Made by a program: the position numbers and the translations under genes | In this document: positions 26,670 through 34,603 of the stretch, piece after piece | How positions within the stretch are numbered: the stretch's first letter is position 1 | How the letters are laid out: each line of letters starts with the position of its first letter | Virus record (IMG/VR): IMGVR_UViG_3300029818_000085 | Coordinates: 1 to 38,228 of that record | Source: a virus | Lineage: Duplodnaviria; Caudoviricetes | DNA: 38,228 bases | Reading direction: 5' to 3' (one strand) | The notes under the pieces: model-generated | Seen by the model: only the letters and a program-made list of their open reading frames with translations | Databases searched by the model: none | Told to the model about the DNA's origin: nothing

Positions 26670-26966
26670 TTAAGTAAATTCCAAATGTTCACTCTCTTTG
26701 ATGATTGTTGTTTTGAAGGGAAATTTCCCTTTTGGCACCTGCTCAATCATATCCATTAAGATGGTTGAGCCGGAAAATATCACGTGTTTTGTGCCATGTT
26801 TTTCAATTTGCAAAGTGAGAAATTTAGTGCCTTGCTTCTTTTTTGAATCTTCAATCTTGTAATTCAATACGGTGATTTCTGTATTGAGCACACGCTCAAT
26901 TTTGATTTTGTCGCCCAGGAATGCACTTAATTTGGGCTTGATGTTAAAGTCTTTAAAGCTGTTCAT
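26670..26966 (-). CDS. RT-coupled small protein, candidate DGR accessory factor
   Basis: 98 aa, basic and beta-rich; start overlaps the RT 3' end by 14 nt. Confidence 0.55.
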   Translation of the reverse strand: MNSFKDFNIKPKLSAFLGDKIKIERVLNTEITVLNYKIEDSKKKQGTKFLTLQIEKHGTKHVIFSGSTILMDMIEQVPKGKFPFKTTIIKESEHLEFT

Positions 26967-27915
26967 TGGGTAATAGTTTTTTGATTAAATGGTTTGTGTT
27001 TGCGTGTTTTGCCCAGCCTTTATAGGAAGAAATAGAAGGTTCATTTGGATCGCTTTTCAGCATCCGGGCAAAGTTTTGTTTGATGCGCTTGCGTAATAAT
27101 ATGTGGGTATGGTAGAACCGGTATCCGATAAAGTCGATTCCCCTGGCTTCAACCGGGAACACCTGATAGTTTTCTTTTACAATAAGTTTTAACCGGGTGT
27201 TAAGGTATTGACATATATCTGCCAGTAATGCGTGTAAATATTCTTTGTTTGATGCAAGAATCACCAGATCATCTGCATACCTGTAGTAATATTTAACCTG
27301 CCTATCTTCTTTTATCCAGTGGTCAAAATATGTGAGGTAGAAATTAGCTAAATATTGACTGAGGTAATTACCGATGGGTAGCCCGGGAGCGGAATCTATA
27401 ATCTCATCAAGTAGCCATAACAGGTTGTTGTCTTTAATTTTTCTCCGGAGTAATTGTTTGAGTGTGGGGTGATCTATATTGGGGTAAAACTTCTTGATGT
27501 CGAGTTTTAAACAGTAGTGTGTGGCCGGCACGTCTTTAAGGGCTGATTTAAGCTTATTGGCCGCTGCGTGAATACCTTTTCCTTTGATGCAACTGTAAGT
27601 ATCCGTTATGAATGTTGCCACGAATAGAGGCTCTAAAACGTTCATAATGGCGTGGTGGGTAATCCGGTCAGGGAAGTAGGGCAACCGGTAAACTTCACGT
27701 TCTTTGGGTTCGTAAACCTTGAAAATGTCATACTGAGATGTTTTGTAAGTCTTTTGCTTTAACATCCGGTGAAGCTCTTGTATATTGGCTTCTTTGTTTT
27801 TGTTGTGCAGCTTGACGCCGTACTGCTTGCTTTTTCCTTTTTGGGCTTTTTCGTCTGCAAGCATCAGGTTATCGATGCTGATAATTTTTTGATATAGGTT
27901 TCCGATGCGTTTCAT
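26953..27915 (-). CDS. DGR reverse transcriptase
   Basis: EPKER, PDRITHHA, YSCIKGKGIH, LKLDIKKFYPNI, DGR-type GLPIGNYLSQ, YYRYADD and IDFIGY. 320 aa with no maturase/endonuclease domain. Confidence 0.96.
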   Translation of the reverse strand: MKRIGNLYQKIISIDNLMLADEKAQKGKSKQYGVKLHNKNKEANIQELHRMLKQKTYKTSQYDIFKVYEPKEREVYRLPYFPDRITHHAIMNVLEPLFVATFITDTYSCIKGKGIHAAANKLKSALKDVPATHYCLKLDIKKFYPNIDHPTLKQLLRRKIKDNNLLWLLDEIIDSAPGLPIGNYLSQYLANFYLTYFDHWIKEDRQVKYYYRYADDLVILASNKEYLHALLADICQYLNTRLKLIVKENYQVFPVEARGIDFIGYRFYHTHILLRKRIKQNFARMLKSDPNEPSISSYKGWAKHANTNHLIKKLLPNEQL

Positions 27916-28131
27916 TTGCCTTTGCTTTGTACGGTCGTTTTCCCGGTTAAGGTACCAACGCCCGGTTAGGTATTGTGTTTTTTTGCCGTGTTGGCAGGGT
28001 TTGAGACACTATGTTTTTCTTTTGCATAGGTGGGAGCTGACATTCGTATTCGAGTTCCAGTTATCGTAGTCGTTGTACGAAAAGCCGGAAGGCGCGGAAC
28101 TACAACTCAAGTATCTCACAACCGTTTCAGT
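27916..28131 (-). ncRNA. DGR RNA (TR plus flanks/spacer)
   Basis: Non-coding interval between target gene and RT containing the TR, a stem enclosing the TR and a TGCC-AACAC-GGCA hairpin. Confidence 0.7.
28024..28100 (-). repeat. DGR template repeat (TR)
   Basis: 77-nt copy of both VRs, rich in AAC/AAT/TAC/GAC codons (reads SAPSGFSYNDYDNWNSNTNVSSHLC). Confidence 0.96.
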
Positions 28132-28521
28132 TTAGATTACAAAATAATCTCTGTAGAGGTCAATAAATTGCTTACCGGCATATCTGGCCGCTTCACTTGA
28201 AATAAAGCAAAGGCGGGAGCCGACATTCGTAGTCGAGCGCCAGTAAGCGTAGTCGAAGTACGAAAAGCCGGAAGGCGCGGAACCATTGTTCATATCGAAC
28301 CAAGGACAGTATTTATCCCACTTTCCGTTTGTCCAATCTGGTGACCAGGGCTTGTTGTCATTTTCTACAAAATTGATTGCTTCTGCAATGATCACAAGCT
28401 TGGCATGTGCTGTCATTGCTTTTTGGTGTTTCTCCGGGAACATTGAAAAGTCCGGGGTTACTTTTTCAGGTTCGAGATTCAATACCTTACAGGCATCTTC
28501 AAATGATTTGATTGTTGTCAT
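28132..28521 (-). CDS. DGR target protein 1 (129 aa)
   Basis: Contains VR1 (SAPSGFSYFDYAYWRSTTNVGSRLC); paralogue of 28528-29007. Confidence 0.92.
   Translation of the reverse strand: MTTIKSFEDACKVLNLEPEKVTPDFSMFPEKHQKAMTAHAKLVIIAEAINFVENDNKPWSPDWTNGKWDKYCPWFDMNNGSAPSGFSYFDYAYWRSTTNVGSRLCFISSEAARYAGKQFIDLYRDYFVI
28207..28283 (-). repeat. DGR variable repeat VR1
   Basis: 10 mismatches to TR over 77 nt, all at TR adenines (coding strand), no indels. Confidence 0.95.
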
Positions 28522-28527
28522 AGTTAT

Positions 28528-29007
28528 TTATTTAAGGATGAATAATTCACGGTAAATGTCAATGAACTGCTCTCCGGCATATTGAGCCAGCTTGCTACTT
28601 TTAAAGCAAAGGCGGGAGCCGACATCCGTAACCGAGTGCCAGATAACGCAGTCGTCGCACGAAAAGCCGGAAGGCGCGGAACTGTCGTCCATATTAAACC
28701 AAGGATAGTACTTGCCCTGGCTGCTATCTGTCCAGTCCGGTGTCCATCCTTCGTTAAGGGCTTGGACGATAAGCTTTGCTTTTCGATAAGCCTGTTCATC
28801 ATCTGAGAGCCCAATAAGGGAGTTTTCAAAATGTCCTGTATGGATGTCCAATTCCTTCAGAACATCACCAAATGTTTTGACGCGCTCCATCACGTCCTTT
28901 TGAAAGGTCTTTTTTCCAAATAGATCCTCCAGTAATTTCTTGCCGGAGGTTTTGGCGTTTTCGTGCGCCTTGACGGCGGCTTCTTTTTGAATACTTAATG
29001 TTTCCAT
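28528..29007 (-). CDS. DGR target protein 2 (159 aa)
   Basis: Contains VR2 (SAPSGFSCDDCVIWHSVTDVGSRLC). Confidence 0.92.
   Translation of the reverse strand: METLSIQKEAAVKAHENAKTSGKKLLEDLFGKKTFQKDVMERVKTFGDVLKELDIHTGHFENSLIGLSDDEQAYRKAKLIVQALNEGWTPDWTDSSQGKYYPWFNMDDSSAPSGFSCDDCVIWHSVTDVGSRLCFKSSKLAQYAGEQFIDIYRELFILK
28606..28682 (-). repeat. DGR variable repeat VR2
   Basis: 12 mismatches to TR over 77 nt, all at TR adenines, no indels. Confidence 0.95.
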
Positions 29008-29027
29008 ATATAATTGAGTTTAAAGGT

Positions 29028-29363
29028 TTACAGTTTATTTACTAATAAGGTTTCGTCCACCAACTCAGCAGCGGTAATTTCTCTTTTTACTTTATAGATG
29101 TTTATAATGATTACATCTTCAATGCTGATGCCTACGCCTGTGGTAATATCATATCTTTTGTATGCCGGGGGCATTGCCCTGCCACCTGACCGGAGATAAC
29201 CTTTTACGGTTTCATTAAATGGCCGGTCAATAACGCTTATTGCCGTTTTTTTATCTTCACACAGGGTGCCGTCCAGTTTTTCAAGCCGGTCAATGATCTG
29301 TGCGCATAGTTTGTTTTTTGGGCTGTAAGTAGATGCTACTTTGATAAAGTGTTGATTTTTCAT
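29028..29363 (-). CDS. Hypothetical protein
   Basis: ORF in operon; likely start MKNQHF at 29363 (track start 29393). Confidence 0.6.
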   Translation of the reverse strand: MKNQHFIKVASTYSPKNKLCAQIIDRLEKLDGTLCEDKKTAISVIDRPFNETVKGYLRSGGRAMPPAYKRYDITTGVGISIEDVIIINIYKVKREITAAELVDETLLVNKL

Positions 29364-29376
29364 ATTGCGATTGTTT

Positions 29377-29826
29377 TTAGTGAATACTTCCATAATTATC
29401 CTCCCAATACCGTTGATTGAGGTATGTGGAGGGATGTGCTTTTGCCACGCCTTTGCGTTTTAAATAGTTGTCATAGCTTTTTATGCCGGCGAGGGCATTC
29501 ATCTTGTCACGGGTGCTGAGCCGCTTCCAGGCGTTTTCTGCCATTACTTTTTTGACCTTGTGGTTGTAGGCATTCCAGAAGCTTTCAAAGGAGAGGTCGG
29601 GCTCGCCTATGGTGATTTCAAAATGCGGTTTGAGCTTTGCTATCCAGTGACTGTGCATAAAAGGCTCAATTGCCGGAAAATTTCCATTTGAAAACAACCA
29701 TCTCATTTGCTGGGCAGACAATACTCCTTCAAGAATTTTAAACTGAGTTAAATTACCGTTTAAATCATATTTAAATTCCAACAGTGCATCACTGTTTTTG
29801 GCTTTAATGGTATAAATTCTTTCCAT
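29377..29826 (-). CDS. Hypothetical protein with replication-protein-like C-terminal helical domain
   Basis: FESFWNAY..KVKK..AE.AW.RL and HPSTYLNQRYWED motifs. Confidence 0.55.
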   Translation of the reverse strand: MERIYTIKAKNSDALLEFKYDLNGNLTQFKILEGVLSAQQMRWLFSNGNFPAIEPFMHSHWIAKLKPHFEITIGEPDLSFESFWNAYNHKVKKVMAENAWKRLSTRDKMNALAGIKSYDNYLKRKGVAKAHPSTYLNQRYWEDNYGSIH

Positions 29827-29827
29827 T

Positions 29828-30142
29828 TCACGCTAATTTTTGGTCTAACTGATCATACAGCTGTTGTGCATAGCTGGGCTTGTCATAAAGACCTAAAATT
29901 TGATGCAGGGTTGCCGCTTCATAATACTTCAGTTTTAGGCTTGACTGCTTTTGATTTCCTTGATTATTAAGTACTTTTTTACCAAGCTTAGAGCGCAAAT
30001 CTGCCCACAGGCTATATAAGTGCCTCATGCGCCTTTGGTCCTTGGTTGCATATAGACCTATCTCCGGTGGCTCGTGCAAGATTATAGCAAAGGCTTCAAC
30101 CAATTGGAGGTTTGTAACTTTTAGGGTGATGTCAAAGTTCAT
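29828..30142 (-). CDS. Hypothetical protein
   Basis: 104-aa ORF with operon-style overlaps. Confidence 0.6.
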   Translation of the reverse strand: MNFDITLKVTNLQLVEAFAIILHEPPEIGLYATKDQRRMRHLYSLWADLRSKLGKKVLNNQGNQKQSSLKLKYYEAATLHQILGLYDKPSYAQQLYDQLDQKLA

Positions 30143-30345
30143 ATTTGAATGGTATAATCGTTAATATCATTGTCTATCTTTCTAAATGGCATTTCTTCAA
30201 TGTGCCTGTTTTGTGAGTCAAGCCGGGCAATTTCATTAATAAGTTTTAAGGTCCCTTCGGGCTTTATTTTCTCACCGCTAAACAAATAATCTGAGTACAG
30301 GCTGATGAGCTTTTTGTTTTCCCGGTATTTCTCTTTAAAGGTCAT
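30139..30345 (-). CDS. Hypothetical protein
   Basis: 68-aa ORF with ATGA overlap. Confidence 0.55.
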   Translation of the reverse strand: MTFKEKYRENKKLISLYSDYLFSGEKIKPEGTLKLINEIARLDSQNRHIEEMPFRKIDNDINDYTIQI

Positions 30346-30356
30346 CTTAACACTAC

Positions 30357-31010
30357 TTATTTGATTTTAAACCTAATGGTATATCTACGGTCATTAGACC
30401 CCAGGTGCAGCTCTATCCACCGTTTTAAAAATGTGTTGTAGCCGGCATAAGAAAAACGCCAGTACAAGCGGTTTTCTATGGTGTACCAAAACATTGATTT
30501 CCCAAAAATTGAAAATTTGCTACTTAGAAATTCGCCTTGGTTATTGGTATAATTGCCGTTGCTATCTTCATATTTGAGTACTGCAAAATTGTGAAGGCCC
30601 ACCGGCCAGCCGTCTTGTAACAGCCTGCCTGTTGCTGATACAAGCACTTTTTTGCCCTCTTTTGGCTTGAATATTTGATACATGTTCCAAGCAGGGTTCC
30701 TAATCACACCCCAGCGATATGCTACTTTAAAAAGTTGCCAGGCGTTTAGGTTTTGAACTTCGATTCCGTTGACTGTTTTCCACCATTTTTCGCCATAATC
30801 ATCTCCGGCAAGCTCCACGACTTTGTCATCAAGAAATATCCATATAGGGGTTGCCAGTGCTTTTAAAAATGAAGTTTTACCATAACGTGCCTTACGTAAT
30901 GGGTTGCGCAGCAAATATGCCACGGGATAGAGTATGTATGCCAGTAATGTAAAGGTTCCGGCAACGATTATGGCGTAAAACGCCCAGCGAAAGATGCTTA
31001 ATGTTTTCAT
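30357..31010 (-). CDS. Membrane-anchored, Trp/aromatic-rich hypothetical protein
   Basis: N-terminal TM; AYRWGVIRNPAWN motif. Confidence 0.65.
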   Translation of the reverse strand: MKTLSIFRWAFYAIIVAGTFTLLAYILYPVAYLLRNPLRKARYGKTSFLKALATPIWIFLDDKVVELAGDDYGEKWWKTVNGIEVQNLNAWQLFKVAYRWGVIRNPAWNMYQIFKPKEGKKVLVSATGRLLQDGWPVGLHNFAVLKYEDSNGNYTNNQGEFLSSKFSIFGKSMFWYTIENRLYWRFSYAGYNTFLKRWIELHLGSNDRRYTIRFKIK

Positions 31011-31084
31011 TTTCTTCTTGTTTTAAGCCAGATATAAGCAGCAAAGGCATAACCGGCGATTAGAAATAATAAATATGGTGTCAT
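31007..31084 (-). CDS. 25-aa membrane peptide (not in ORF track)
   Basis: MTPYLLFLIAGYAFAAYIWLKTRRK; ATGA overlaps at both ends. Confidence 0.5.
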   Translation of the reverse strand: MTPYLLFLIAGYAFAAYIWLKTRRK

Positions 31085-31233
31085 CTGCAGTCTGTTTGTG
31101 GCTTTGTGAGTGCTTTGCGGCACACGACGCATCTTATAACTGTGGTCTCGCAGTTTACATTAGACTCAATCGTGTCAATAAACTGGTGGTGCCTTGGATG
31201 AAGACAAGGCTCGCTATCGTGGTTTAAACTCAT
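31081..31233 (-). CDS. 50-aa putative zinc-binding protein (not in ORF track)
   Basis: MSLNHDSEPCLHPRHHQFIDTIESNVNCETTVIRCVVCRKALTKPQTDCR; CxH...CxxC. Confidence 0.5.
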   Translation of the reverse strand: MSLNHDSEPCLHPRHHQFIDTIESNVNCETTVIRCVVCRKALTKPQTDCR

Positions 31234-31555
31234 CTTTTAGTCCTTTTAGGGTAGCAAAAAGCGGGATGCCCAATGAAGCGCAGAGGTGCATTTCAATTGA
31301 TGCTCCTTTGCTATTTCCTGAACAAGGCAATACATACACCGCATCTACAGTCATAAGTGCCGCAATACATTTGCGCATAGCCTGTGGCCAGGTGCAGTGC
31401 CAATCATTAACAACCTGCAGCGGGTTGATGGGTTCAAAGCCCGCGGCTTTCAATTTCATTTGGGCGTCCCCAAACTTGAGCGTGGTCTCGTGGATGGGCA
31501 AGCCGGTTACCTTGCCGGCGATATATACTTTTACTGGTTTTTGTTGTGTTCCCAT
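31214..31555 (-). CDS. DUF4406 / nucleoside deoxyribosyltransferase-like protein
   Basis: KVYIAGKVTG, PINPL, MRKCIAAL and SKGASIE. Confidence 0.85.
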   Translation of the reverse strand: MGTQQKPVKVYIAGKVTGLPIHETTLKFGDAQMKLKAAGFEPINPLQVVNDWHCTWPQAMRKCIAALMTVDAVYVLPCSGNSKGASIEMHLCASLGIPLFATLKGLKDEFKPR

Positions 31556-31944
31556 TTTACTATATGTTCTAAAGCGTTAATGATTTTACTGGTTTCTTCT
31601 TTGGTCATTGACATTAATGGCTTTTGCACCGGTGAGCGCATACTCTTGAGCCAACCGCTGAGGCGTGCCAGGTCTGCCACGGTGCCTCGGGTTTCATGTT
31701 CAGTTGTCCATCCGGCTTGGCGCATCAGGCTCAGGATATATTTGTGCTGAGCATTTTTTATATCAAAAGCAGCCCAGTTGGTACAAAGGATTTTGATAAG
31801 GCGGCCAGCCTCACCCACCGTGAGATGGGTAGTGCTGTTTAGTTTGGGGTCACCCGTTATCTGGGTTACCAGGCTAGCCTTTAGCTCTGAGTCATAGTTG
31901 CAGAGCTTGTATATTTGTTGCCGTTGTGATGCTGTTGATTTCAT
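31531..31944 (-). CDS. GemA/Mu gp16-like protein
   Basis: STTHLTVGEAGRLI and MTKEETSKIINALE resemble GemA-family motifs. Confidence 0.5.
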   Translation of the reverse strand: MKSTASQRQQIYKLCNYDSELKASLVTQITGDPKLNSTTHLTVGEAGRLIKILCTNWAAFDIKNAQHKYILSLMRQAGWTTEHETRGTVADLARLSGWLKSMRSPVQKPLMSMTKEETSKIINALEHIVKWEHNKNQ

Positions 31945-32010
31945 AACTTATAATTTGACTTTATAAGCCTTAGAGCCTATATTTTGCTTTATTGGCTTTT
32001 AAGCCGATTT

Positions 32011-32226
32011 TGACCCGGGTGAAGGACTCGAACCTCCCTGTTGCCAGTCCCGGTGTTTACAGGATATCGCTCCTGTGGGCGGTCTTGAATTGCCTTACCG
32101 CATGTTACCTTACCAGGCGCGGACGGCTGAGCGTAGAGCGGCGTTCTTTACCCTCGGGGCACCGCAAAAAGCACAGGCAAACCTTCAGGCCCGCTGACAA
32201 GCGGGCTCTATGTCCCACGCCTCCCC
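32011..32226 (-). ncRNA. Putative highly structured non-coding RNA ending in a tRNA-like T-arm module
   Basis: At least six stems in about 215 nt of GC-rich intergenic DNA; GGTTCGAGTCC T-loop. Confidence 0.5.
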
Positions 32227-32493
32227 TTATGTGTAAATGGCTTTTTGAACTTTGCTTCCGGTTTCTTGAAGCATGGTAATATGTCGGTTGAACGCTTTGG
32301 CTTCTGCGGACGTGAGTTCGTGCTCTGCTATCCAGTTTTGGTTGATGTCTTGTTTTACTGGTTTGCCGTTTACGGTCAAGTGGCGGTCGTCAATGTGTAT
32401 GATTTCTACATCCATAGGGTGTGTTATATTGTGATAGTTAATACTGTTTATTTGGTCTTCAAAGAGCCTTTTTATTGCCGGTTCTGCTGTCAT
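32227..32493 (-). CDS. Hypothetical protein
   Basis: 88-aa ORF with operon overlap. Confidence 0.6.
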   Translation of the reverse strand: MTAEPAIKRLFEDQINSINYHNITHPMDVEIIHIDDRHLTVNGKPVKQDINQNWIAEHELTSAEAKAFNRHITMLQETGSKVQKAIYT

Positions 32494-32744
32494 AGTGTTT
32501 CGATTTTGGTGATGGGGTATTTAAAAACCCTTTCTTCTCCCAGGGCATTCCAAAAGTCCATTTGGTCGCCCGGTTGTCCTGCTTCAATAATGTAAAGCGG
32601 CACTTTACATCCGCACCAAATACGCGCCTGAAGGTTAGCGTTTATAACCTTTCCGTTTTTGTCAACTTCCCACCAAAGACAATCCTGCCCCTGATCTTGA
32701 AAGTGGATGCGGTGTGTGGCCGGTAGTGGTTTTAGTCTTCCCAT
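32490..32744 (-). CDS. Hypothetical protein
   Basis: 84-aa ORF; IHFQDQGQDCLWWEVD motif. Confidence 0.6.
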   Translation of the reverse strand: MGRLKPLPATHRIHFQDQGQDCLWWEVDKNGKVINANLQARIWCGCKVPLYIIEAGQPGDQMDFWNALGEERVFKYPITKIETL

Positions 32745-32746
32745 GG

Positions 32747-33391
32747 TTAAATGCTTGAAAAGTTGAGTATCAGGTTTTGCCAGTGGCCGCTTTCGGTTTT
32801 GATTTTGAACTCATAGCCAAAACCTTTTAAATGGTTGCCATAGCTTTCTTTTATAAGTTTAAGCCCTTCTACCCAACGAGAGTCATTAAACTTGTCGCTG
32901 TGCTGAAATAGTGACATCACCCTACTGTATTCCAAGTCGCCTTTTTCATTGCGTTGTAGAAAGCCCATCAGGATTTCATAGAGGTCTTTATCTCGCTTTT
33001 TGATAGTGTCGCCAAGAAAATCCTTAATGAGTTCTATGGCTTTAGTGCTGCGTTCGTCCCAGCTTGGTTCTGTATCACGTCTTCGGGTTACACGCATACT
33101 GCCATCGCTATGTGTAATGGTAAAGCCTCCTTTACTGTTGCTGCGAAGCTTTCCGTAGTCTGAAAGCTTCACGGCCTGCTCATCCATTTCGATATGGCAA
33201 AACTGTTTAAATTCCTCCAGCTCACGGTGCATGGTTCTTGCCGTGGTGATGATGGCCTCGATTTTTGTGTCTCGGGTGGCTTCATATTGTTTGCGCTCGG
33301 CTTCGGCCTTTTTGGCCTCGGCTGCTTTTCTGCTTTTCAAGAGCTGCTCCAGCTCTTTTGTCGATAATTGTGTTAAATCTTGTGTTTGCAT
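32747..33391 (-). CDS. DUF3164-family protein
   Basis: 214 aa in the Mu early region; DERS..AIELIKDFL, GDLEYSRV and WVEGLKLIKES. Confidence 0.75.
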   Translation of the reverse strand: MQTQDLTQLSTKELEQLLKSRKAAEAKKAEAERKQYEATRDTKIEAIITTARTMHRELEEFKQFCHIEMDEQAVKLSDYGKLRSNSKGGFTITHSDGSMRVTRRRDTEPSWDERSTKAIELIKDFLGDTIKKRDKDLYEILMGFLQRNEKGDLEYSRVMSLFQHSDKFNDSRWVEGLKLIKESYGNHLKGFGYEFKIKTESGHWQNLILNFSSI

Positions 33392-33396
33392 TGTTG

Positions 33397-33630
33397 TTAA
33401 AATAAAGGGTTCATAATTCTTGTGATTTTCTGCTCAGTTTGCCCTGATATACGGTATGGGGTGTAATCCTGTCCGTCTGCTGCGGCTCTTTGTGCCCTAA
33501 ACAAATCTGCACGTTCTTGATTGATGTGCAGGCGATCTATCCAGTCCAGGCGTTGTACCGGATTTAATTTGTCTTGCCTCAAGGCTTCAAACAAATAGTC
33601 AAGGCGGGCTATTATTTCTGGTTCTGTCAT
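33397..33630 (-). CDS. Hypothetical protein
   Basis: 77-aa ORF in operon. Confidence 0.55.
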   Translation of the reverse strand: MTEPEIIARLDYLFEALRQDKLNPVQRLDWIDRLHINQERADLFRAQRAAADGQDYTPYRISGQTEQKITRIMNPLF

Positions 33631-33971
33631 TAGTTTAATTGGGGTATTATGTTAGTTTTTCTGGCGTTTTCAATCAGTGTGGGACAGCGCAGGCACATCA
33701 AGCCTTTAGTAAACTCGTCCTTATAAATTGCCCAAAGCGTGTCGGGGCTTGTTTTTCCGGCGAAGTCGGCATAATACTCTAAAAAGCGGTTTTCAAAGCG
33801 TTCAAATTCCTGCATATACCAGTTGTTGAGGGCTGTATTTGCCAACAGCCTTTGCAGGTCGTTTTCTTTTCCAAAGCTCAGCATGATGCAGTATCGCATC
33901 CATAACTCAAACACCTGTCGCTCATAGGCTTCGGGCGTAAGGCAAAAAAGGTTGTAGATTGTTGTTTTCAT
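33630..33971 (-). CDS. Hypothetical protein
   Basis: 113-aa ORF in operon. Confidence 0.6.
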   Translation of the reverse strand: MKTTIYNLFCLTPEAYERQVFELWMRYCIMLSFGKENDLQRLLANTALNNWYMQEFERFENRFLEYYADFAGKTSPDTLWAIYKDEFTKGLMCLRCPTLIENARKTNIIPQLN

Positions 33972-33979
33972 ATTGCGAT

Positions 33980-34603
33980 TTAATTGTTGTTTAATTCTCT
34001 CACTTTTTCCGGCCAGATATGGTAAGGCTCCCCACCTCCATATCGGCTTACTGCAGTGGCTACATAGCCCTCGATGTGTATTTTTACATCGGCATCATAG
34101 CGCACAAATTTTGCAGGACGGCCTTCCGGGTGTTTTCCTTCAGCATGGCTAATGAAAATGAATAACACGTCGTGAAACTCCTCCTTAAGCTCTTTGTATT
34201 CGTTTTTTGACAACCCTGTATATTGAAAGCTGTCTATCATGCATATTTTAGGGGCCTTAGGTTTGCGCAGGCGTTCTTTCAGCTCGTCGAGAGGTTCCCG
34301 GTTCAAAACCATTATTTTGCGCCCGTAGCCCTTTAAATGGGTTCTTATTACGGCCAACTGAAATGATTTGCGTGCGCCCTCCTCAAGTGTGTTGATGATT
34401 ACCTTTCCGGTCTTTGTGAGCTCTTTGGCCAGTTGAAGCGCAAAACTGGTCTTTCCGTTACCGGAATTGCCCCACATAATCCACACGCCACTAGCTTCCG
34501 GTTCACCTAGTAGTGCTTGCCAATTGGCGTCGAGATTGAGGTCTTTGAACTTCATGTTATATATATCATTAATTGAGAGCGCACGTTTAATTCTCCTGGC
34601 CAT
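33980..34603 (-). CDS. RecA/Sms-like P-loop ATPase
   Basis: Walker A GNSGNGKT, LEEG, Walker B MIDSFQY and FISH. Confidence 0.85.
   Translation of the reverse strand: MARRIKRALSINDIYNMKFKDLNLDANWQALLGEPEASGVWIMWGNSGNGKTSFALQLAKELTKTGKVIINTLEEGARKSFQLAVIRTHLKGYGRKIMVLNREPLDELKERLRKPKAPKICMIDSFQYTGLSKNEYKELKEEFHDVLFIFISHAEGKHPEGRPAKFVRYDADVKIHIEGYVATAVSRYGGGEPYHIWPEKVRELNNN

Noticed and set aside
26953-27915. RT as group II intron, retron or Abi RT
   Set aside because: It is short, has no maturase/endonuclease domain or retron VTG motif, carries the DGR-type SQ motif and has an adjacent TR/VR set.
28024-28682. Three copies of ACGAAAAGCCGGAAGGCGCGGAAC as a CRISPR array
   Set aside because: Spacing is irregular (183 and 399 nt), two copies are inside ORFs, there are no cas genes, and the adenine-specific mismatches identify TR/VR.
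32011-32056. Bona fide tRNA genes here and at 37586-37630
   Set aside because: Only about 45 nt each, with no D arm, anticodon arm or CCA; reported as tRNA-like modules instead.
31992-32279. 95-aa plus-strand ORF across the structured intergenic region
   Set aside because: It is antisense to the operon, has a TTG start and an Arg/Pro-rich composition expected from GC-rich non-coding DNA.
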